Shown: positions 17,657-27,200 of the stretch, piece after piece
How the letters are laid out: each line of letters begins with the position of its first letter
Position numbering within the stretch: position 1 is the stretch's first letter
Virus record (IMG/VR): IMGVR_UViG_3300033475_000062
Coordinates: 1 to 43,091 of that record
Reading direction: 5' to 3' (one strand)
Source: a virus
Taxonomy: Duplodnaviria > Caudoviricetes
DNA: 43,091 bases
Program-made: the position numbers and the translations under genes
The notes under the pieces: generated by a model
What the model saw: the letters and a program-made list of their open reading frames with translations, nothing else
What the model was told of the DNA's origin: nothing
The model's database searches: none

Positions 17657-18694
17657 TTAATCCGGCACCGCGTCCATCGTGCCCGACATCAGCGTCTCGG
17701 GGCGATTGCAGATGAACAGGGGGTAGGAATAGACCTCATTCTTCCACCAGCTGTTGCGATCCCTGTCGAAGATCGGCAGCACATATTGCTCCTTGCCGAG
17801 CGTATTGACCCAAGGCACGAACTCCGCCGGCGCCAGCACGCGCTGGAACACGCCCGGCGCCTTGGCCGGGAAGAACCGGCATTTGTTCGTGGCGATCGAG
17901 ATCGTGCTGGCATCGTCGGAGCCGCGATAGTTGAACCAGTCGATGCCACCGAAAGACATCGCCTCGAATGCCTGGCCCTTGCGGAGCTCGGCGGCGGCGG
18001 CCCAGTTATAGAAGGTCCGGGTCACGTCGACGTGGTTGGTCAGTGCGTCCCAGAACTCGTCGCCGCAGAGCGCCATCACGCGCGATTGTGAGGTGAACGC
18101 CCCCTGCGATTTACGGGCGATCGTCCGCACAATCTCATTGCACATCGGCCGCAGGGTGTTTTCCTGCTGGGCCAGCAGGTTGAAGGCGACCTCCGGCTCC
18201 GGGGTGATGCCGAACTCTTCAAACCAGTTGAACAGGACCGTGTCGTCAGCGTCGCGCAAGATCCCTTGGATGGCCCCGAGGCGCATGCGCTCCTTGGTGT
18301 ACTCCATCGAGGCAAGCAAGCCAGTCGGGCCGCTGAGGCGGCGCGCGACTTCCTTCTGCACCTGCATCAGGACCGATTCCTGGCCGAACTCGCGGACGTC
18401 CTGAATTTCGTCCGCGTAGACCGTATCCTCATGCGCGATGCGTGGACACTCGAAATAGCGCGCCTGGCGCTTCTCGGTGGTGCGCTCGGTCGGTGGCGTG
18501 CCGCGCTCGCTGGTCGGGACAACGATCAGCTTGCCCTGGCGCTGTTCGACGGCGACCGCCTTGGTGCGGATCGGAAACGGATCGAACAGGTTGAGCTCGC
18601 CGATGCCGGTCGGGTTATAGGGATTGCGCTCAACGCCCTCGGTCAACTGGACCGTGGAAAAGGCGTCGTTACGAAAGACGTTCAACGATACCAT
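17657..18694 (-). CDS. Major capsid protein (lambda gpE family)
   Basis: F..DAFS..LT, RG.P, IQ.VR.FG, T.E.MRLGA.QG, A.P.EF...VNT.G and S.PL.IC.RPE motifs. Confidence 0.93.
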   Translation of the reverse strand: MVSLNVFRNDAFSTVQLTEGVERNPYNPTGIGELNLFDPFPIRTKAVAVEQRQGKLIVVPTSERGTPPTERTTEKRQARYFECPRIAHEDTVYADEIQDVREFGQESVLMQVQKEVARRLSGPTGLLASMEYTKERMRLGAIQGILRDADDTVLFNWFEEFGITPEPEVAFNLLAQQENTLRPMCNEIVRTIARKSQGAFTSQSRVMALCGDEFWDALTNHVDVTRTFYNWAAAAELRKGQAFEAMSFGGIDWFNYRGSDDASTISIATNKCRFFPAKAPGVFQRVLAPAEFVPWVNTLGKEQYVLPIFDRDRNSWWKNEVYSYPLFICNRPETLMSGTMDAVPD

Positions 18695-18720
18695 GGAAAG
18701 ATGCTCCGGTGGGTTCGGGG

Positions 18721-19374
18721 TTAGCGGGCGATGACGCCCATGGTGGCGAGGGCGGCGAGCGCCTGAGCCTGCAGCGTCGCGACGCTGGCCGAACTCGTCA
18801 CCGCCGGATCCCACTGCAGTTCGGACAGGTTCACCTCGCAGGCGCGGGTGACGATCGTCACCTTTTTGGAGGTGCCGGCCTCGACCCAGACCCGGTTGTA
18901 GAGAATGCCCATCGCCCCGGTGATCGCGCCACCAGTCCAGCTCTCCCAGATGTCCATCTGCTGGGTGACGTCCAGTGTGAAGGAATCGCCGGCCACGAAA
19001 GCGGTACTGCCGGCGGTAAGGGTGAAGCCAACCTGGTCGGCGAACGCCGTGCCGACCGTCGCCTCGCCGATCAGATCACCGCTCGGCGCCACGACGTTGA
19101 ATTCCGTCGCGCTGGTAGCGGTCAGCGTGTAGGTGCCGAACTCGGCGCCCTGCAGCACCGAGAGGCTGCCGATCGTACCGTTGCCGGTGTTCGTGCCATG
19201 TGCGGCTGACACGATGCCGGCGCCCTGCTGGGCCACGACCAGACCACCTTCATACAGAATGTCGGAAGCGGTGGAGTTATTCAGGTCGCCGAGGTCACGG
19301 GAGCGGTGCCCGTTGGCCTCGGAGACCATAAAGGCGCCGTCATAATATTGCTCGTAAATCACGGGGGAAACCAT
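18721..19374 (-). CDS. Head decoration protein (gpD-like) with inserted beta domain
   Basis: F.VSEANG.RSRD, NTGNGT, F.AGD.F, R.CEVN..EL.W and LA..GVI.R motifs. Confidence 0.85.
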   Translation of the reverse strand: MVSPVIYEQYYDGAFMVSEANGHRSRDLGDLNNSTASDILYEGGLVVAQQGAGIVSAAHGTNTGNGTIGSLSVLQGAEFGTYTLTATSATEFNVVAPSGDLIGEATVGTAFADQVGFTLTAGSTAFVAGDSFTLDVTQQMDIWESWTGGAITGAMGILYNRVWVEAGTSKKVTIVTRACEVNLSELQWDPAVTSSASVATLQAQALAALATMGVIAR

Positions 19375-19401
19375 GTCTGATTCTTTCTTGCTGCGGCGCG
19401 C

Positions 19402-20172
19402 TTAGCGCTTGCCCTGCGTTGATGTGAGGACCTTGTCCCAGCTGTCGGCGATCGCCTTGGCCGAATTGCTTGCTGGCACGCGATCCGGACCGGGACGCGC
19501 ACCGGCGTAGCGATCCATGGCCCGGCTGAGGCCCCCGCCAGACGAAGCCGCGGGGGCCGCCTTCAGCAGGCCGATCGCCTCGCGGCGGCCGAGCCGGGTG
19601 TTGAACGCCAGATGCGCGGCATATTCGATGTTCCGGCCTGCGGCCTTGCAGCCAAAAATCGCGGCGCAACGCGCCTGCTCACGACGCCGCGCTGCCGCCG
19701 CCGGACCCCGGCCGCGCATCTCGGCATCCGCATCATCATCATCGGCATCATCGTCGTCTTGATCGTCGGACTGATCGCCGTTCGGATCATCATCGTTGTC
19801 GTCATCATCATCCGGACCATCCGCGCCGTCATCGCTCGGATTGGCGTCATCGTCGTCGGTCTGGTCCGATGCACGGCGCTTGGCTTTCTTCGCTTTCTTG
19901 CGGCGGGCGCCGCGCGCCGGCTCCTCTTCCGGATCGCCCTCGGCATCGTCGCCGCCATCGTCCGGCACGGAGTCCGGATTGCCGGGATCACCGTTCTCGT
20001 CGTCCTTGAACGTTTCATCCTGATCGGCGCTACGCGACCGGCGCATATCGGAATCGTCATCATCGGCGCGCGGGCGGCTTGCCGTGTTCCGGCGCGCGGT
20101 GCCTTTGCCGATCCCCAGGAACGAGGCGAAACTCGCCGCCCCGCCCAGCAGGTTATTTCGCATTGTTGCCAT
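19402..20172 (-). CDS. Acidic low-complexity protein, probable capsid scaffold
   Basis: Asp-rich centre and C-terminal RREQARCAAIF...A.HLAF.T helix, at the Nu3 position between protease and gpD. Confidence 0.65.
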   Translation of the reverse strand: MATMRNNLLGGAASFASFLGIGKGTARRNTASRPRADDDDSDMRRSRSADQDETFKDDENGDPGNPDSVPDDGGDDAEGDPEEEPARGARRKKAKKAKRRASDQTDDDDANPSDDGADGPDDDDDNDDDPNGDQSDDQDDDDADDDDADAEMRGRGPAAAARRREQARCAAIFGCKAAGRNIEYAAHLAFNTRLGRREAIGLLKAAPAASSGGGLSRAMDRYAGARPGPDRVPASNSAKAIADSWDKVLTSTQGKR

Positions 20173-20182
20173 GTCTCGTCCT

Positions 20183-21049
20183 TCAGGTTTTGAGCGATTT
20201 GAGCAGCGCGCGGAACGCCGCATCCGGTGCGGCCACCATGTCAGCCAGGCCCGCGCGCAAGCCGTCCTGGCCAAGGTATGTCGTCGCCTGCTGCGCCGCG
20301 ACGGCGCTCGCCTTGAGCTTGCGGTTGCGGGCAACGGTGTTCACGAAGAGCTGGCCGATCGTGTTCACATCAGCCTGAAAGCGCGCGCGCGCCTCGGTGC
20401 TCAGTGGCAGCACCTCACTGCCGTCGGCCTTGCGGGCGCCGAATTGGATGATGTTGACGGTGATGCCGCCTTCGCTCAGCGCCTTGGAGATGTCCGCGAT
20501 CATCGAGATGACGCCGATCGAGCCGGTGCCCCCGGTGCGCGGCACCGAGATCTGATCGCAGGCCGAGGCAATCGCGTAGGCGGCGCTGAAAGCATTCTCG
20601 TTAAGCATCGCCCAGATCGGCTTGCGGCCGCGCGCGCGGAAGATCGTGTCGGCGAGATCGAAGCAGCCCGCCACTTCGCCGCCGGGGGAATCGATATCGA
20701 GGACGATCGCCTTGACGTCATCATCGTTCCAGGCGTCAAGGAAATTGTAGCGGATTCCGTCATAGCCGGTCATGCCGGAATAGGGACGCAGGCTGCCCAA
20801 TTTCTGCACGAGACAGCCTTCCACCGGGATAATGGCGACACCGTTCTGCACCAGGTACGCCCGATCCTCCGCACGGTCGTCCTCGTCCATCTCGAAATTT
20901 CCGAGCGCGACGGGCGCGCCGGCGTTGAACAGATGCGCGATGCCGAGGCGGTCGGCGAGCGCCGCCATGACGATTTCGGCCTTGGCCGGATGAAGCGCCA
21001 GCGGCACGTTGAACATGCGCTGGGCCAGATGCGGGAAACGATGGTGCAT
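20183..21049 (-). CDS. Prohead protease, peptidase S49 (lambda gpC-like)
   Basis: LDIDSPGGEV, SAAYAIAS and GSIGV motifs. Confidence 0.93.
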   Translation of the reverse strand: MHHRFPHLAQRMFNVPLALHPAKAEIVMAALADRLGIAHLFNAGAPVALGNFEMDEDDRAEDRAYLVQNGVAIIPVEGCLVQKLGSLRPYSGMTGYDGIRYNFLDAWNDDDVKAIVLDIDSPGGEVAGCFDLADTIFRARGRKPIWAMLNENAFSAAYAIASACDQISVPRTGGTGSIGVISMIADISKALSEGGITVNIIQFGARKADGSEVLPLSTEARARFQADVNTIGQLFVNTVARNRKLKASAVAAQQATTYLGQDGLRAGLADMVAAPDAAFRALLKSLKT

Positions 21050-21052
21050 GGT

Positions 21053-22723
21053 CTACTGCGGCTCCGGTGTCCGGGCGATCTGCTCGGCGATGCCGCCGCG
21101 CTGCCAGTCGGGTTGGTTGATGCCCTGGTCTTTAAAATATTCCTGCTCGACCTTTCGTTCGTCGGCATCGTCCTGCCACCAGGCGCCGTTGATCTCGGCG
21201 CTGGTCCGCTTCAGCGTGCCGAACCCGCCATCGAGCCCCATGAGCTCGCCGGCACGCTCCTTCACCGGATCGATCCAGCCACGTCCCGGCCCGATCCAAG
21301 AACAGCGGGCATATGCGGCGCGCATGGCAATGAAGTCCGGTGCCCCATCGGGCAGCGGAAGCTTGCCCTGATCGAACATTTCCTCGAGGAGGCAGACATA
21401 GATCGGCGTCGCCACGCCGGTTGTGAAGTTCGCCCGCCGGCGAAGCATCGTACGCCATACGCTCAGCATGGCCGCACGGGCAGAGCTGTAATTCGTCTTG
21501 CTGTAGTCTTTCGAAATCTCCTCAGCACTCTCCCCCGTGGCGGCGCTGATGCTACGCAGCACGGTATGCTCGAAGACATCGAAATCGTCCGCATCCCCAA
21601 GCACGGACGTAGTTACCACATCCTCCCCAGGCGCCAGTGTCTTCACGTCCATGCCGTTGATCTGCAGACCTTCCTGGCCGAGCGCGTAGCGCATCTTCTG
21701 GTAGCCAGAGAGGCGCAATTCGGTCTCGTCGTCTCCCGATTGCATCGCCTCACGGATCTGCTCTGAGTCGAATGGCGATTTCAGGAAGAATCCTAAGACG
21801 GTCTTCATGATCTTCGCCTGCAAGGCAACCTGGTCATACTTGGCCAGAACCTTGAAGCGCGCCAGCACCGGCGTCAGGATGCCCACCCCGCGGTGTTGGT
21901 CAGCGCGATCGCGATCACAATCATGGATGACCAGCGGGCGGCCCCATGCCGTCTCGCGCTCAAACCGATCCCAGATCATCGATAGGCCAGTGTCATAGTA
22001 ATCGTTCTGGTGTGCGCGGCGAATGTGGTAGGCGATCGGCGCGCCGTAATTGTCGACCTCGACGCCACCCCGCATGAAGTGCGTGTCCATCATCTCATAC
22101 GGATTCGAGAGACGGTCCGGGTCGATAACCTGGATCGCTGTGGCGTAGCGGGCCGCGCCGTAGCCGACACGTTCAGGCATCCAGAGCGGCATGCAAAGCG
22201 CATCGCCATCCATCAGCTTGTGCCGGGCAAGCAGATAGAAATTCTGCGTCATGCTCATCGAGCGCTTCACGTCGCAGAAGAACAGCGGATCGTCGGCCCA
22301 AGTACGCCACTCTGCCATTACCGCGCTACGAAACTGCGCCGCCCAGGCAGCATCAAAGGCAGGGCCGAACTGCCATGCCAGCGCCCGCCAGTTCGGCTCG
22401 GGCACAACATGGAAGTTGCTGCCGACCATACCGTCGGCAATCCGTGCGATCGAGCCGCTGGCCCAACCATCGTTGCGGACGAGATCGCGGTGCCGGGCCC
22501 GGTTAAGATCGGCGTCGATGTTGATCTCGTTGTCAGGCGACTGGTTGTAGGGGAACCAATCCCCGACTTCCTGCCCGTAGAGCATCGTCGCATCGTAAGG
22601 CCAAGGCGAGCGCGATGGCCCCATCACGCCGGCGCGCGGGCGTCCTGCCTGCTTCCGCACGGCGGCCACCACCGAGCTCGGGATGTCCCGGCCCGATTGA
22701 TCAATGATGCCCGATTTTTTCAT
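21053..22723 (-). CDS. Portal protein, lambda family
   Basis: AR.RDLVRNDGWA, Q.RGV..L.PV, DYS..NYSSARA and G.GWIDPVKE motifs. Confidence 0.95.
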   Translation of the reverse strand: MKKSGIIDQSGRDIPSSVVAAVRKQAGRPRAGVMGPSRSPWPYDATMLYGQEVGDWFPYNQSPDNEINIDADLNRARHRDLVRNDGWASGSIARIADGMVGSNFHVVPEPNWRALAWQFGPAFDAAWAAQFRSAVMAEWRTWADDPLFFCDVKRSMSMTQNFYLLARHKLMDGDALCMPLWMPERVGYGAARYATAIQVIDPDRLSNPYEMMDTHFMRGGVEVDNYGAPIAYHIRRAHQNDYYDTGLSMIWDRFERETAWGRPLVIHDCDRDRADQHRGVGILTPVLARFKVLAKYDQVALQAKIMKTVLGFFLKSPFDSEQIREAMQSGDDETELRLSGYQKMRYALGQEGLQINGMDVKTLAPGEDVVTTSVLGDADDFDVFEHTVLRSISAATGESAEEISKDYSKTNYSSARAAMLSVWRTMLRRRANFTTGVATPIYVCLLEEMFDQGKLPLPDGAPDFIAMRAAYARCSWIGPGRGWIDPVKERAGELMGLDGGFGTLKRTSAEINGAWWQDDADERKVEQEYFKDQGINQPDWQRGGIAEQIARTPEPQ

Positions 22724-22728
22724 ACGGC

Positions 22729-23055
22729 TCAGATCCGAAACGAAATTGGCCGACGACGGGTGATGCCCAAGGCACGTTCAAGTTCGGCGATCAGACGATA
22801 CAGGTCGGTGGCGTTCGTCTTGCCGTACTCGACGCGGCGCTGTCCCGTGCCCTCCGCGTAGCTGACGCTGACCGGCTTGCTGCCGGTCATCACCGCGATC
22901 AGCGCGTCCTGCGCCTGCGTCAGCGCGGCCTGCAGCATCGCCACCGGGTAGCCCGTGAAGGGCCCGCGATAGCGACGGCCGATGCCCGGCGTGATGCTCT
23001 GCATCGGCGGGATCAGCGTGATCGTATAGGTGCCGGGAGGATTGATGCCGGACAT
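22729..23055 (-). CDS. Head completion protein gpW-like
   Basis: L.Q...A....MTG.K.VSV......R.VEY......L...I.ELE..LG...RRRP pattern. Confidence 0.85.
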   Translation of the reverse strand: MSGINPPGTYTITLIPPMQSITPGIGRRYRGPFTGYPVAMLQAALTQAQDALIAVMTGSKPVSVSYAEGTGQRRVEYGKTNATDLYRLIAELERALGITRRRPISFRI

Positions 23056-25196
23056 CAGCGCTTCAGCGGCACGGAGTTGATGATTTTCAGCGGTGGCATC
23101 TTAAAGCGGCTCTTAACCGCCGAAGCCGTCGCCGGCGTCGCCTCTCGCGGCGGCGACGCTGCCGTGGTCGCCGCCGCCGCCGCGCGTTGCTCGCCGCTGG
23201 CGGCCGCGGCCACAGCGATCACGTGCGAGTTGCTCTTCCAGTCGCGCGCCCAGACAGGCGGAGCCTCCCATTTGATGCGGTTGATTCCCATCATGAAGGC
23301 CAGCACATGCGTGCCCACCATCAGGTCGGTCGCTTCGTTGCGCGTGCCGTCCTGGCGTGGTTTCCACCTGCCGTTCGCGTCCCGCTCCTCGGCCACCAGC
23401 TGCTCGAACCAGGGATGGGGCGGCGCGTCCGCCGCCAGCGCCTTGGGGAATCGGACCGACCAGTTTGCGCCGTCGCCGAGGATCAGCTGCGCGGCCAGGT
23501 CATCCTTGAAGCTGTTCGGGTTGAAGATTCCGAGCGGGACCTCGCCTCGCGCCTGGGCAAAGCGATCGGTGCGCTGGGCATTCGGATACACCACCTGCAG
23601 CCGCGGCGCCTGTAGGGTGGACGCACCCTTCATCGGCAGTACCGACCAGGCGGGGCGGCCGTCGATCCGGCCATGCAGCCGCGCACCCCGCCGCGCCTTC
23701 AGCCGTTTCCACGCCTCATAGGATTGCAGCGTCACACCGGCGGCGCCGGCGGAGTCAAATCCCACGGCGACCGCCTTCATGCCACGCCTCATGTCATCCT
23801 CGAGCGGCCAGGCCGTCTCGGTGGCGATCGTCAGCACCCGATCCCAATCGGCGGCGCTGGTGCCGGGCGTGGCCGGGATCGTTTGGAAGTCGATGACGAC
23901 ACTGCCGCCGCCCTCGCACCAGCCGCGCGCGAGCAGCTCGAAGCGGTTGATCTGGACGTCGATCATCACCGTGATGAAGCGAACGCCGTTCGCGACGATG
24001 CCCAAGGTCAGATCCGGCTCGGCCCGCTCGGCGATGACTGTCGCATCGATCGTCTCGCTGCTCCGCGAGCGCGCGAGTGGAATGCCCCATTGCTTGGAGA
24101 GCACCTCGGCCAGCGCCTTGCGATCATTGTCGCGTGCAAACTTCCGTTCTGCCCGGGCGCGCGCCACCGCGAGCCCGCCGATCCCCCCAAGGATGAACGG
24201 GGACATCGCGCCGACGATCCAGAAGCCGGCGGTGTCGCGCTGCACGAGTGCCCCGGTGACGGTGCCATCCTCATCGATGTCCTGGCCCTTGCCGACCCAT
24301 TTGCCGGTGAGGTTCATCGCGTAGCGCTGGCTGTCCTCGATGATGCAGCCATTCACCGGGCAGCACAGCCGCGCCATGTCGCGGATCTCGTCATCCGGTG
24401 CGGCGGCATCATAGTCGATGGTCATGACGCGCGACGCGGTCGGATTCGGCGAGCTATAGGCGCCGCAGCTTGGGCACTGCCAGAACCATTTGCGCTGGTC
24501 GCTGTCGCGGTACAGCTCCATGATACCGGCATTCCAATCCTTCGTCTCCAAGCCGTTGGCGAGATCCGGGTGGGACAGCGCGACCAGTTTGGACTGCGCG
24601 CCGAAGGTTTGGCGCCGGACGTCAAGCAGCGGTTTCGCGTTGGGCACGCCCTTGCAGATCAGATCCCATTCATCTGCCAGGATCCGCGGCGCCGACTTCA
24701 TGGTGAAGTTGCTCATGATGCCGGCCAGGAACTGCACGGACATCGAGCCGAAGCGCTTGAAGAACAGGCTGTTATCCCGCAGCAGGGCATGCAGCTCGGG
24801 ATGATCGTTGATCATCCGGGTGATGTTGATTTTCGACTCGGTGGAGACCTGCGGCTCGCTCCCCGAATACCACAGCATGTCCGCCGGGTCGCACAGCGCC
24901 GTGGTGAACAGCCAGTTACGGCCGATCTCCGATTTCCCACACTGGCCAGGACCGACGATGACTTCCGTCAGGAACTCCTGGTTGGAAAGCTCTTCCATCG
25001 GCTTGATCAGATAGGGCGCCTGGTCATGGTTCCAGCGCCCAACATAACCACCACCCTCATTGCTGAGATAGCGACGGGCGGCCGCGTAGTCGGCAACGTT
25101 CGCCGGCTCGGGCGGCAGCAATGCCTTGAGCGCCTCGGCGACCAGCTGGGCCGCCGGGTAGTAGCCGGCGCTAACCGAAAAGGCTGGCTGGCTCAT
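23055..25196 (-). CDS. Terminase large subunit (lambda gpA family)
   Basis: Walker A GPGQCGKSE, Walker B ILADEWD, W.CPSCG, DVQ..RFE and RNEATDL motifs. An alternative start is 25205. Confidence 0.95.
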   Translation of the reverse strand: MSQPAFSVSAGYYPAAQLVAEALKALLPPEPANVADYAAARRYLSNEGGGYVGRWNHDQAPYLIKPMEELSNQEFLTEVIVGPGQCGKSEIGRNWLFTTALCDPADMLWYSGSEPQVSTESKINITRMINDHPELHALLRDNSLFFKRFGSMSVQFLAGIMSNFTMKSAPRILADEWDLICKGVPNAKPLLDVRRQTFGAQSKLVALSHPDLANGLETKDWNAGIMELYRDSDQRKWFWQCPSCGAYSSPNPTASRVMTIDYDAAAPDDEIRDMARLCCPVNGCIIEDSQRYAMNLTGKWVGKGQDIDEDGTVTGALVQRDTAGFWIVGAMSPFILGGIGGLAVARARAERKFARDNDRKALAEVLSKQWGIPLARSRSSETIDATVIAERAEPDLTLGIVANGVRFITVMIDVQINRFELLARGWCEGGGSVVIDFQTIPATPGTSAADWDRVLTIATETAWPLEDDMRRGMKAVAVGFDSAGAAGVTLQSYEAWKRLKARRGARLHGRIDGRPAWSVLPMKGASTLQAPRLQVVYPNAQRTDRFAQARGEVPLGIFNPNSFKDDLAAQLILGDGANWSVRFPKALAADAPPHPWFEQLVAEERDANGRWKPRQDGTRNEATDLMVGTHVLAFMMGINRIKWEAPPVWARDWKSNSHVIAVAAAASGEQRAAAAATTAASPPREATPATASAVKSRFKMPPLKIINSVPLKR

Positions 25197-25719
25197 CGGC
25201 CCCATCCGTTTCCAAGGCGGCTTCGGTCTCGCGCACGAACGCGCTGCGCACGTCCATGAACTCGCGCTCCAGGGCGCGCTGCACTGCCTCCGGTAAATTA
25301 TGCGCCCGGCAAACCCGCGTCACCGCACTGGCCTGCATCTGGCCGAAGCGCCGCAGCGCCTGCTCTAGCGCCGTCCGTACCTCCGCCGTCTGGACGAGGA
25401 AGCGCATCTCGCGCAATTCGTCGCGCTGGAGCTGGCGCAATTTCGCGGCCTTGATCTCATCATCGAGCGAGATCGGTGCGCCCGCTTCGCTCTTGCGACC
25501 GATCGGCAACGTCAGCTGCGCCAGCGCCTCATTGCGCTCGGCATCTTTGGCCTCTTCCTCGGCACGCTTGGCCTGCAGGAACTCGATCACCGCCTCGCCG
25601 TCAAAGCGCCACGACTTCCCCAGGCCGCCGCGCTCGAGCACCGGCAGATCCGGGTATTGCTCGACCAGGCGCTGCGCCGTCGGCAGCGAGCAGCGCAGCA
25701 TCTGCGCCAGCTCTCTCAT
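25171..25719 (-). CDS. Terminase small subunit (Nu1-like, winged HTH)
   Basis: EVNMRELAQML..S..T ... PV..RGG.GK.W.FD pattern, upstream of TerL. The start may be the TTG at 25737. Confidence 0.88.
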   Translation of the reverse strand: MRELAQMLRCSLPTAQRLVEQYPDLPVLERGGLGKSWRFDGEAVIEFLQAKRAEEEAKDAERNEALAQLTLPIGRKSEAGAPISLDDEIKAAKLRQLQRDELREMRFLVQTAEVRTALEQALRRFGQMQASAVTRVCRAHNLPEAVQRALEREFMDVRSAFVRETEAALETDGADEPASLFG

Positions 25720-25789
25720 GTTGACTTCAAGCGCCAACTGAAAACCCAACAAAAACGGGATTTTGACCGAGCAAAGCGCGCCCCCAACC

Positions 25790-25835
25790 GGGGTGCGAAT
25801 TACCCCTGGAGCGCGCCCTATGCAGAAGGGACCCG
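25790..25835 (-). other. Probable cos region
   Basis: Minus strand ACGGGTCCCTTC...GGGGTAATTCG just upstream of terS. It resembles lambda cosQ (GGGTCCT) in sequence and position. Confidence 0.45.
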
Positions 25836-25881
25836 TGGAAATACGCAATATTATTGCGCAATGATGGAAGAGACTGCCGCA

Positions 25882-26613
25882 TCATTTCGTACCAAACTGT
25901 GTGAGCGCGGCGTCGAGTTGCGCGGGGAATGCGGCCTGGGCTTTGGCTTGTACCAGCCCGTAAAAGTCGAGCCGCTCATGATAGGTCGGCGCCCGTACGA
26001 ATGCCATGACAGGTGCGACCTTGTGCGTCCCGACTATCTCGTAGACCCCAAGCGGTTCACCGGTAATCCGGCTCTTGGCCACAAAGAACTGCCGCTGGGG
26101 CCGAGGACGTTTGGCCAGCTTCTGCCGTGTGGAACGGTTGGCGACATAGCCAACCTGCGAAAATGCCTTGAGCGCCGAGAGGATCTGCACGATCTCGCCG
26201 GCCGACTGGTTGCCGTACTGATCCAGCTTCGCACCCTTGCCCGGCGCAATGAACTTGTCAGCCGGGAGAATGCCCACGATCCGCAGCGCCTTCTCGCTCG
26301 CCTTCACATGACGATCACCACCTTCGATCTCAGGACCGAGGTAGTTCTCCGCCGGCGTACCACCGAAATCGCGAAGCAGGACCGCACTGGCCATCGTTTG
26401 CTTGGTTGCGGGCTTAGCGCGCGCAGCGCCGAGCGCATACGGCGTTGGGTTCTTGAACACGCGTCGCATGTCATCCTTCACTTCGTCACGCGCGATGACG
26501 GCGGAACGAGACAGTGCGACGACCGCCGCGAATGGCAGCACATCCCTGAATTGCTTCTTCAGGTCGCCTGCCAGTGCATCTGTCGCACCTTTGAAGGAAA
26601 TGAACTCGGCCAA
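25882..26613 (-). CDS. Conserved phage protein, first late gene (tail completion Z-like)
   Basis: PFA...AL..A ... F.NPTP.T/A ... YL.P.I.GG.R..K..E..L ... LD.YGN pattern. The TTG start is inferred. Confidence 0.7.
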   Translation of the reverse strand: MAEFISFKGATDALAGDLKKQFRDVLPFAAVVALSRSAVIARDEVKDDMRRVFKNPTPYALGAARAKPATKQTMASAVLLRDFGGTPAENYLGPEIEGGDRHVKASEKALRIVGILPADKFIAPGKGAKLDQYGNQSAGEIVQILSALKAFSQVGYVANRSTRQKLAKRPRPQRQFFVAKSRITGEPLGVYEIVGTHKVAPVMAFVRAPTYHERLDFYGLVQAKAQAAFPAQLDAALTQFGTK

Positions 26614-26622
26614 GGTTTTCCC

Positions 26623-26657
26623 AATAAAAAACCCGCCGGACCTTTCGGTGGCGGGTT
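26623..26657 (-). terminator. Terminator ahead of the late operon (tR'-like)
   Basis: Minus strand AACCCGCC-accgaaaggtcc-GGCGGGTTTTTTATT, between the Q-like gene and the late genes. Confidence 0.8.
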
Positions 26658-26756
26658 GAACAACAAGCTTCACAACATCGAGTGGCGCATCTCCGAACCA
26701 CTAGAAATTTCTATCGGATATTTTGGGGCGATTCGGAAGCCTCTTTGAAATTATTT

Positions 26757-27200
26757 TTAAAGCCCTTTTAAAATGTTCCTGATGCCGTTGGCATGAACAC
26801 GCTGCACCGCCTTATGGTCCAGACGCAAAACATCTGCCAAGCGCCGCCATGAAAACAGATAACGATCCGATAGCGGATGCCGAAGCGATCTCGCCTGCAC
26901 GATACGCCGCATCGTCACCTGACCGGACGGAATGAATTTCATCCATCCATAGGCTTCGTCCATTCGCTTGATCTCTTCAATTCCCGGCCGCGGCAACCTC
27001 AGCTCTGGAGGAATGGTCCAATTATACGCATCCCAAATGTCATGAACCACGTCATGCTGCCGCTGCGCGAGACCGGGACGATACCCTGTGTCCTTCATCG
27101 CAATCAATGTCCGGCCAGCATCCTCGAGCCGCTCGATGATCAGCCGCTCAGTCCAGTCATCTGCGAAAACTTCGTGAACGACGTTCAGTGCAGCGCTCAT
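26757..27200 (-). CDS. Putative late-gene regulator (DUF6362/Q-like)
   Basis: W....I.ERL.DAG.TL ... P...EI.RMDEA..W ... C-terminal HTH (SWRRLA..L); last early gene. Confidence 0.75.
   Translation of the reverse strand: MSAALNVVHEVFADDWTERLIIERLEDAGRTLIAMKDTGYRPGLAQRQHDVVHDIWDAYNWTIPPELRLPRPGIEEIKRMDEAYGWMKFIPSGQVTMRRIVQARSLRHPLSDRYLFSWRRLADVLRLDHKAVQRVHANGIRNILKGL

Noticed and set aside
14906-25259. Long plus-strand ORFs (e.g. 14906-16114, 20084-21766, 23673-25259)
   Set aside because: These are shadow frames of well-supported minus-strand structural genes, expected in GC-rich DNA, and show no motifs.
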